Shown in pieces: positions 51,977 to 64,000 of a stretch of 64,000 nucleotides of DNA (within the stretch, counting starts at the first letter, position 1; the number at the start of each line of letters is the position of its first letter). Source of the DNA: Eledone cirrhosa. Lineage: Eukaryota. Below the pieces are notes generated by a model. It did not search any database and was not told where the DNA came from. It saw only the letters and a program-made list of their open reading frames with translations. A program made the position numbers and the translations under genes. The stretch lies in contig OZ024740.1 in assembly GCA_964016885.1 (NCBI GenBank), positions 198,586,001-198,650,000 of the forward strand, read 5' to 3'.

Positions 51977-53985
51977 ATAAAAGACAAACAAGATTGTCAT
52001 AAAAGACAAACAAATCTATCAAATGCTTCGATAGATTACATAAAAGCATTCGACAGTTTGCCACACAGTTGGATTGATAATTGTTCAGAGATTTTCAAAA
52101 TATCTCCCGTTGTCAGGAGGTCCTGCCATTCAGTATGAAAACATGGAAGACAAGACTTCTTTTGAATAATGAAAAAAAATCACTGGAAGCTGGAGAAGTT
52201 AATATTGATTGTGGACTTTTTCAGGTTGACTCCTTTATCACCACTTTTATTCTGCATCACATTTATACCATTAATTGAAACACTCAATGAAACATGGATA
52301 AAAAGTCTATGACAAAATCATTTATCACGTGTTCTACATGGATGACGTGAAACAATTTACAAAAAGTGATGAGTAATTGCAAGGGGTATTATCCACTGTG
52401 AAGCAGTTCAGTGATGACATTAAAATGGAGTTGACTAGATAAATGCGCCAAAGCCACGTTCATCAGAGGCAAGCTTGATCCGGGGAATGTGATAACAGAA
52501 CTTGATCAAGAGGAAACTTACAAATATCTAGGTGTTTGTGAAAGAGACAGAATCAAGCACTCGACAATGAGGGAAAGGATAAGGAAGGAATACTAGCGCA
52601 GAGTAAGAGCAATCTTAAGAACGGATTTGACATCAAGGAATAGGATCGATGCCATGAACACGCTTGCCATACGAATAGTAACCTACAGTTACAATGTCAT
52701 CAACTGGTCAAGCACAGAGATCCGTAGGCTCGATACAAAAATTAGAAAATTCTTAAACATCACAGAATTCATCATCCTAAGGCAGATACAGATAGAATAT
52801 ATCTCCCTAGGAAAGAAGGAGGACGTGGATTAATCCATTTAGATATTGCTTTAAAAACTGCAACAATTGGATTATCTACATATCTAAGGGAGGCACATGA
52901 TTGGATGATCAAACTCGTTTTGAAAAATTAAAGCATCAAAAGATCATAATACATTACAAAGGATGCACAAAGAGACAGTAATGGACTACAAATTTCGGAA
53001 GTTCCCTTTACTGCTGAAATGATAAACACAGAAAAAGCAAAGCAGGTAAAAGTAACTGCAAAGAAAGAACTGCTACAGAAACTCGCTAAGAAATGGCAAA
53101 AAAACCTCTTTATGGAAAACCCCCAGAAAGAATTAACAATCCTGATGTTGACAAAACTTTAATCCATCAGTGGTTGGCATCCTCTGGACTGAAATCGGAG
53201 ACTGAAGGACTGGTTATATCAGCACAAGATCAGTGTCTGCCAACACAAAATTATCAAGTCAACATAATAAAAGATGGATGCAACCAATTATGCCGTGTAT
53301 GTAGAAAACAACCAGAGACCATTGATCTTATAATTTCAATGTGCAGTCGTATAGCTCCAACCGAATACCTAAACAGAGCTGCACAATACATACATTGGGT
53401 AATGTGTAAGCATTTTGACCTGCATAATCAAAAGAATTGGTGGGAGCATCAACCACCTCCCGTACTTGAAAAAGATCACATCTGAATCTTGTCGATCTTT
53501 AGCCTCCATACAGAGTGAAAAATAGATGCAAATAGACCTGATATAATACTGAAGGACTTTTAAAAAGAGGGTATGCCTGCTAATTGATATGTCCGTTCCA
53601 ATAGACAAGAATGTATCTATAAAAATATTTGAAAAATTGAGCTGAAAGTATCTATAAAAACATTGGAAAAATGTAGAAGTTGAGAACTAAAACAATACCA
53701 GTGGTTGTAGGCGCTCTAGGAATGATACCTAAGGTGTCTTATGATTACTTATCCCAAATCCCAGGAAATCCGCGTATAGAAGAAATACAAAAGATAGTAC
53801 TAATAGGAACTGCCCATATACTAAGGAAGATTCTGTCAATATAAATACATGACAGGTCTAAACACCTAAAGACAGATGTATGTGTGTATGTGTTCTTTCT
53901 TGAACATGGCGGCCCTTGTTGTCTCTTGAGGTCACTGGTTGTGACTTGGTGATAACTCGTATGAACATAAAGCAAGATATATGAA
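51974..53985 (+). mobile_element. 5'-truncated R4/Dong-like element (copy D2)
   Basis: Collinear with ~40990-42990; FYMDD, CRVC, RPDI, and a closely similar 3' UTR ending in degenerate TAA. Confidence 0.92.
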
Positions 53986-53999
53986 ATAATAGTAATAAT

Positions 54000-54545
54000 G
54001 GTTTCTTTACTAACCACAAAAGCGTTTACAAAAACCATACATTAAGGACGGCACAGAACGGTACAAATAGGGGTTTCTGTGTATAAAAACAAACAAACAA
54101 ACAAAAACAAATGATGAAAGAAAAAAATTGAAACAAAGGAAGATTCAACAATAGTGGGGAGACCTTCGAGGTTCACTCGTAAAAAAAAGTCCACAAAACG
54201 CTACGTTGACCCTGACCACAAGGGCAAGTTTCATTTCCCAGTTACTCTGCAATCTAAAGGCTCATACTAGAGCAGGCCCATTCCCGTGGTCCATGCTAAC
54301 CTCTGTCACCCATGTTTCAACAAACTGCTGGGAAGGGAGCACTTCCCCCTCCACTCTTATTTTACTTTCCAGTCTCCAAGCGCTTACCCTCAATTTTCGC
54401 TTGACACAGCACTGCAGCTTTTTTAAGGATACAAGCTGGGACAACATGCATATGGTGATCGGCGACCATACCTGTTCACTGTTAAGGAAAAGATGGAGAA
54501 GTGGCAGCCTCAGCGGATGTCTGCGTATCGGACGCATATAACGAA
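54000..54545 (-). mobile_element. Tx1 3'-end fragment (copy E), internally deleted
   Basis: 3' terminus similar to A-C; peptide RRHPLRL..EQVWSP..KIRVEGEVLPSQQFVETWV. Confidence 0.8.
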
Positions 54546-55449
54546 GTTTCCCGCAATATTTCATGTAAGTCGTTCATCATCGACGAAACAATAGTAGATA
54601 TTATCAGAAAACAAAACACGAAGAATGTTAGACAACGAACAACAAACCCTACTAAAAATATATTTCATGTATGCATTGTCTCTAACATGAAATGTTCTTT
54701 GTTACCACTGGAACCATGCGTAAAAAATGGAACTTGTCGTAAAACATCCACAATAAGACTCGGAGAGTTTAGAAGCCCTGAATAATAACGATTAAACAAC
54801 AATAAACCAAAACAAAAAGGAATCAAGAAAAAAACAGAAAAGAAATGGAATGCCGATGCATGTAACACAAATTATTAATTATTCGTATTATAAAAATAGC
54901 GAAAGTTATATATAAAAGAATCACAAACATGTATGGATGCTCGTTCTTCAGAGTTCATAAAAAAATTGTAGAAAGATCGGTGCGCGCAAACATCGTCAAA
55001 ATGTAAAGCCCAAAGGTCGGTACCCCCAAAACATGATAACATTTTAAATGATGGTTGCCACAAATAGTATCGAAAAGACACAAATTGACACAAGAGGAAT
55101 AAATTTCGGTCCTACACGCATATCATACGGCACCACTATAACTAAAAATGAAAGAACAACACACAGAAACCATTTATCTAAACAACAACCCACACACTGA
55201 TTTAAAGCTTGGCGTCAACAAACTAGCAAATTTAAGATACTTGTATTAAAATAAACACATATAACATATAACATACATGGAAATAGAGGATTTAACGGAA
55301 ACACAACGAACATAAATATATTGAGAAATTATAACATGAAGATATAACCAACATATCGAAAAACATATAGTAAACAACAAACCCTAATATTAAAAGACAT
55401 ACAGATTACTGACAAACATAGACAGTAATACAAGTGAAAAGAATATGAG

Positions 55450-57100
55450 AAGAAAGGTGTTAAACAAGAAATCCTAAAGACAGAATTCATGACCGCATTA
55501 GGATAAAGCTGGAAATAATCCAAGAGCTCCAAACAACTGAAGATCTCCCCATAGACCAAACACCATAGACCACCTCTCAAAAAGGAAAAAAATAACTATT
55601 AATAATAATATAGCAATAATAATAAAAATACGTCAATATATACGTCAGAGTCTTAATAAAAACGAACAGAAATATCAGTATTCCATGTTTAAATAACATA
55701 AATGCAGCAGTCGCAGTTCTTACGATAGAAATTTATTACCTACATAGTTCAACACAAACACCCACATTAACATGGAAATCGCAACAAGATAGAAAATAAA
55801 AGAAAAGACATCTAAATTTTAATTAAAATATAAATGAAAAACAAAACTAGGAGATTGAAGGAAAATATAAATACTAGGGATATATGATATAACGAAAGAA
55901 CATTTTGGATTAAGGAATGTCTACACGAACGAACACATGGAAAGTCACAAAGAATCCGGAGATTTGATAAGCGCGAAAAGTCTTTTTTTTAACAGAGCCT
56001 CAACATAAATAACTCTACCAAAAACACAATAGGAGCAAAATAGATGTAAATGTAGCTCCGAATGTATAAGAAGAGGAAGAGTTCTGAAGGAGGTTGAGAA
56101 CAGAAAGAGCATGGAAATTACGATGGATAACTAGCGAGAACAATGAATACAACAGCGCAACAACTGCGAGCACATCATACAACAGATTGTGTGTCTTGAA
56201 AAATGAGAAGAAAAAAAAACAAGCACTGAGACATGACAAGATCTCAAACCTTTGGCTGAAATATGTAATAGAGGAATATGGGTAACGTGCAAAAATGTTT
56301 AATGAGATGCTGGCAGAGTAAGAGAAAACACCTAAATTGCTCACAAATGGGAAAATCCCTCTGATCCCTGAGTATAATGAAAGAGAAAAAACACCTAAAA
56401 CTGCAGGCCTTACATACAAAACTTTAAGTGACCTGGAACCTATCAAAACATCCTACTTTTAGAAGAACAGAAAAGATGAGGCAAAGGCTCAATTGGCTGT
56501 AAAGAGCAGTTGCTGATCAATAAAACTATAACTGAAAACTTCAGAAAAGCAAAAACAAAAAGAAAACCATATCAGCATGGCATGGATTGACAAGCAGAAG
56601 GCGTTTGACGGTTCCTTGTACATAGATACTGAACTCATTAGACATGAATGAATTGGCACCAACAATAATAAAATGTATCGAGTATGTCATGACTAGGTGG
56701 CAAATAGTTCTGCAGATAAAACGAAATATTGACCTATAAAGAATGGATTCACAAACGAAATAGGCTGAGACTTTGGACTAGAAAATGCGGTAATGCCACC
56801 CCGGGGAGAGGGGAAACTAGTGACAAATATCAATATCTTACTCTGGGATATACCAAAACAGGCGGACAATGAGACTCGAAGAACACTTAGCTGAGAACTT
56901 CATAGCCATAGAAATGTACCCTTGCTATCTTGACGATAGTAATATAGTAGCTCAATGGATAACAGAAATACAGATTTTATCCACACATTGAACTGACGCA
57001 ACACTCAGACAAATTATGGCGGCCACTCACATAATAGAAGATAGTCCTAACCTGAACAGAAAAGCCGAGTGGAATAACAACAACCCGCAACTTAATAATT
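55450..57100 (+). mobile_element. Highly decayed R4/Dong-like element (copy D3)
   Basis: Remnant peptides SQRIRRFDKR, GCKEQLLINK, ISMAWIDKQKAFD and FGLE. Boundaries are approximate. Confidence 0.65.
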
Positions 57101-57780
57101 GATGACAAAGAAGAAAAAAAAAGACATAAACAATAAAGCAGCAAACAATACAACACACATAGAACACACGGAGACATGAAGAAAAAAAAGACAAAACAAA
57201 CACACATATACACAAATAGAGACGTTGGGGCAAATGCATGCGCAGACACGAAAAACGATAAAGTCACCCCAAACAAAGACAAGATGGAGTAGAAGTTGAA
57301 GACCAGAAAAAACATAATCATTGAATGCATTACGAAATAATTTTGACAAACAAATGAATAACGAACAATAAAATTAAAGATAATATGAAAATTATATGGT
57401 GCAATATTGGCAATATTGGCAACATGGCCATCTCCAAACATGTTAATATCGGTTTCAACACACGATTTCACATGAAGGTGAAAAGTGTGAGGAAGAAAAT
57501 AAAATGACAAGAATGACTGATTGTTACGTAAGTAATTCATTAGTCCTTAAACGTTTTGTATTTAAGACCCATTATAAAGGGGGTTTTGTTGGGGATGGGG
57601 GCTTCGGGAGAATACTAGAATGTTTTTTTAAAATCTATGTTAGATCTCCGTGTTTTGCCTTTTCATCGCAAACAATGGATTATGGAGAAATCAGTTTAGA
57701 GCACCCAAGTCAACTGTATTGACCTAAGTAAGAACTGATACCACATAGACCTGAATCCTCCAAAGATTTTATAAGTAAAT

Positions 57781-57969
57781 AACTGTTTCTACTTTAGGCA
57801 CAAGGCCAGCAATTACCCAGTGCATTACTGGTACTTTATTTTATCGACCCCGTAAGGATGAAAGGCAAAGTCAACCTCGGCGGGATTTGAACTCAGATCG
57901 TAAAGGGACGTAACTATGCTGGAAAGCATGGCGTCCGACCCTCTACTGAAACTGCCAATCCACCGCCCT
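57781..57969 (-). mobile_element. Full-length SINE with TSD
   Basis: Family match; taagtaaataa on both sides. Confidence 0.9.
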
Positions 57970-58159
57970 TGTAAGTAAATAATATTAAACACCTTGTTAT
58001 TAACTGCTGTCCTAGGATGACGTGTTAGACTTAGCAAATCTTCTGAAAAGTGTATAACAGATTTTATTTCATAATGAAGATGGAAAAACAACCGTCACAC
58101 TCAAGTTACTGACACTCACACACACACGCGCATGTATATGTATGCATATATATATATAT

Positions 58160-58469
58160 ATTTATTAAAATAACAGATTAAAGTTTAAGCAAAGAATCGC
58201 TGCTTTCACCCTTAACGGCATCTTCTGAAACTAACAAAGTCAATCTGTAAACGCAGAAGTGGATATTTCAAAAATAGGTGCAACAGGAGGAAGACAGGAA
58301 GACGATACTTTGGTTCGCGGAAACGTTCCCTGGCAAAGAACGGGAAAAAAACGAATATAATACGTCATTAATAGGAGCGGTGAAAAACAATTACACACAA
58401 AAACAGAACCACGTTTATGGTATAAAACAAGTCGTAGACTAATGTTTTCTTAGGTGGTTCATAGAGACA
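58160..58469. repeat. ~300 bp repeat, copy 1 of 3 (others ~62095-62362, ~63001-63309)
   Basis: tttattaaaataacagattaaa...ttaggtggttcatagagaca. All copies start at the same point, two of them directly after TA runs. Confidence 0.9.
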
Positions 58470-58710
58470 AGTTTGAGTCTATACTATAACTGTATTTTTG
58501 ACCGTTGGTCAGTCAATGGCAACATTGAGGACCGAATAAATTAAATTTACCGATATAAAAGACACAGAAGCGAAAACCAACCAAATAGTGAGTGTGTTCT
58601 GTTATTAATTCTGGCAATATTACACAAATATGACCCTCCCCAAGTATAACAATATTTGTTTCGACACACGATTTCATATCAAAAACCTCGCAAAACTAAT
58701 TCATCGCCGT

Positions 58711-59508
<798 letters not shown>

Positions 59509-59549
59509 TTACTCGTTGTAACCCAACAATTTTAAATAAAACTTTTGCA

Positions 59550-59617
<68 letters not shown>

Positions 59618-59620
<3 letters not shown>

Positions 59621-59749
59621 CTGTTTCTACTTTAGGCACAAGGCCAGCAATTACACAGTGCATTACTGGTACTTTATTTTATCGACCCCGTAAGGATGAA
59701 AGGCAAAATCAACCTCGGCGGGATTTGAACTCAGATCGTAAAGGGACGT
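59618..59749 (-). mobile_element. 5'-truncated SINE in TA tract
   Basis: Family match. Confidence 0.88.
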
Positions 59750-59978
59750 ATATATATATAACGGCGATGAATTAGTTTTGCGAGGTTTTTGATATGAAAT
59801 CGTGTGTCGAAACAAATATTGTTATACTTGGGGAGGGTCATATTTGTGTAATATTGCCAGAATTAATAACAGAACACACTCACTATTTGGTTGGTTTTCG
59901 CTTCTGTGTCTTTTATATCGGTAAATTTAATTTATTCGGTCCTCAATGTTGCCATTGACTGACCAACGGTCAAAAATA

Positions 59979-60159
59979 TTGGCAGTATCGGTAGAGGGTC
60001 GGATGCTATCTTTTGACGTTTAGAGTAACGGCCCTTGCCATTCTGAGTTCAAATTCCGCCGAGGTTAACTTTGCCTTTCATCCTTACGGGGTCGATAAAA
60101 TAAAGTACCAGTAATACACTGGTTAATTTCTGGCCCTGTGCCTAACGTAGAAAGAGTTA
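59979..60159 (+). mobile_element. SINE copy (variant)
   Basis: ttggcagtatcggtagagggtcgg...gagttcaaattccgcc...gtagaaa. Confidence 0.88.
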
Positions 60160-60190
60160 TATATATATATATATAAGTATAGATATATAT

Positions 60191-60227
<37 letters not shown>

Positions 60228-60243
60228 TATACATATATATATA

Positions 60244-60312
<69 letters not shown>

Positions 60313-60325
60313 TCATATAAATATG

Positions 60326-60372
<47 letters not shown>

Positions 60373-61399
60373 GAATGTATGTATATATATATATATATAT
60401 ATATATAATATGTATATATGTGTATGTGTATATGTGCATAAATGAGGGATTCTTCGTTGAATACATATGATTGATTGTACAGATAAATCATAAATTAGTC
60501 ATATATGATTCATCTCGTCATAGCTTAAGTGTGAGGTGGCGCTATTTTTTTTATTGAAATAATACACATACATATATATGTGTGCTTGCAGGTTTAAATA
60601 TTTGTATATAAGTGCAGATAGAAGTGGGTATATGTGTATTATAGGGACAAATACATATATGTGTGTGTATGTGTGTATATATATAGATATACATACATTC
60701 ATATGTATATATATGTATATTTATATGAATCTATATATATATATATTTATATATATATGCATATATATATATGTGTGTGTTTGTGTATGTGTGAATATAT
60801 ATATATGTATATATATATGTATATATATGTGTGTGAATATATATATATGTATTTATATAAGCGCGTGTGTTCGTCTGTCTGTGTGTATGCGTACATTTCT
60901 CTATATCTATGTGATTATTTGTTTCTGTGGAGTATTTAGCTACATGGCTTTAACGAAAAAGAACGAAATAATTTCAGATCAGTGTTGACTATCTTTATCT
61001 AGCGACACAAATCGAATCATTAGATTAAATGATCCGCTAAGACACTATTTAATATTACTATTTTATCTCCATTTACTTTCCATTTCAAATCGATTCTGGA
61101 AGTATCAAGAAAAATTATTAATGAAGGTTAACGAGAAATAGAAATTAAATATAATTAGGAAATGAATAATTAAATAAATATGAAAGTTATTTTATTTATT
61201 TGTTTAATTTGTTGTTCTTTTTTGTGAATACCGAAACTTTGCATAGAATTAAAACAACGAAACAAACAAGTAAAATGGCGCAAGGAACGTGTGATATTTT
61301 TTTTAATGATTTGCAATTGTAGATTAGCTTATGTGCATACATACACACACCTGGACAGAGAGAGAGAGAGAGAGAGATGGAGAGAGTGAGAGAGAAAGA

Positions 61400-61449
<50 letters not shown>

Positions 61450-61485
61450 TATGTATATAAATGTATGCATGTTCATAGAGATATG

Positions 61486-61517
<32 letters not shown>

Positions 61518-61540
61518 CATATCTCTATGAACATGCATAC

Positions 61541-61618
<78 letters not shown>

Positions 61619-61626
61619 CTATACAC

Positions 61627-61662
<36 letters not shown>

Positions 61663-61666
61663 GTGT

Positions 61667-61750
<84 letters not shown>

Positions 61751-61858
61751 ATATATATGTATACACATGTATATATATATATATATATATATATACATGT
61801 GTATACATACATATATATATATATATATATTTTTTTTTCATACATACATATATATATA

Positions 61859-61907
<49 letters not shown>

Positions 61908-61931
61908 TGTTTGTATATGCAAGTATATGTG

Positions 61932-62005
<74 letters not shown>
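60160..62005. repeat. Compound (TA)/(TG)/(GA) microsatellite region
   Basis: Mostly simple repeats with a short unique AT-rich interval (~60900-61330). Confidence 0.9.
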
Positions 62006-62008
<3 letters not shown>

Positions 62009-62094
62009 ATAATAATAAATTTGAAGACTAAAATCAAAAGAGGACTCGATAAGGATAAATATATCTCAAATATATAAGAACCGTAGAGCAAATA

Positions 62095-63309
<1,215 letters not shown>

Positions 63310-63409
63310 TTCTCTGGTAATGAACGAAAAAAACGAAGATAATACGTCATATGTGGAGCAGGAAGAACAATTGCACGCAAAGACGTAAATTGTATAGCAG
63401 AAGTCGTAG

Positions 63410-63560
63410 ACTAAAATTCTAACTAGGAGACCGAATGAATCTACGCTTCAGAGTTAATGTATGTATTTATTTAATTTCTATTACCTCTGTATTGTATTTA
63501 TTTACTTTGTTCTTAACTCTGAAGCGGAGATTCATACGGTCTCCTAGTTAGAATTTTAGT
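63410..63560. repeat. 48-bp inverted repeat with 55-nt spacer
   Basis: actaaaattctaactaggagaccg...gagttaa / ttaactctgaagcggag...agaattttagt, two mismatches. Confidence 0.9.
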
Positions 63561-64000
63561 AAAATATTTTGAACAGTTCTTTGATTCTCATAACTTATAT
63601 ATAAATATATATATATATATAATACTTAGGTTAATAGGAGTTAGGTATTGTATATCCGTGTCCCATTAAGGTATTGGCAGCATAATAATTACCTCTATGC
63701 TTTGGAGCAGAGCCGTATATATGATAAAGAACACAAGAGCGTCTACAACATCAACAGATTTTTATTGGCTTACAATGTTTCTTCCTTACGTAACCGTAGG
63801 TTTCTTCAGAGCTATAAAAGGGGTTTGATTGGTGTTATGGACTCTACTCTTTGTTCCCGAATGTTTGGTTGGTAAAGAGAGTAAAGAGCAAAAGCAGGGG
63901 ACGATAAGTCTAATTTTGGTGCGGGAGGGTGGGGTGTGGGTCGTTGTTTACTAGCTGTGGTCATATTAATTCCCGGGAGTCGAGTGGTTAGTGGAGTCAT

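Noticed and set aside
63812-64000. Minus-strand ORF at the window edge as a PLE RT fragment
   Set aside because: Only vague similarity, truncated by the window, no diagnostic motif.

Overview
AT-rich, microsatellite-dense eukaryotic DNA with no convincing conserved host gene. The repeat content ((TA)n/(CA)n tracts, a tRNA-headed Meta-domain-like SINE) resembles a coleoid cephalopod such as Octopus; this is inference. Three layers are visible. (1) A ~25 kb cluster of non-LTR retrotransposons (32.1-57.1 kb): four Tx1/L1-clade elements on the minus strand and three R4/Dong-like restriction-like-endonuclease (REL) elements on the plus strand. Most resolvable ends abut (AAT)n, and all ORFs are disrupted. 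(2) Many non-coding, Penelope-like (PLE)-type fold-back elements in TA-rich DNA that carry type I hammerhead ribozymes (HHRs). Six HHRs have an intact or near-intact core and several more are decayed. Two fold-backs carry a sense/antisense HHR pair, and some HHRs have an ~80-100 nt stem II. (3) More than 10 SINE copies, some with target-site duplications (TSDs), whose 3' end resembles the Tx1 3' end. Also present are RTE, Tc1/mariner, Helitron and hAT-like MITE relics and one possible small two-exon ORF. All structures were read by eye; no folding or database search was run.
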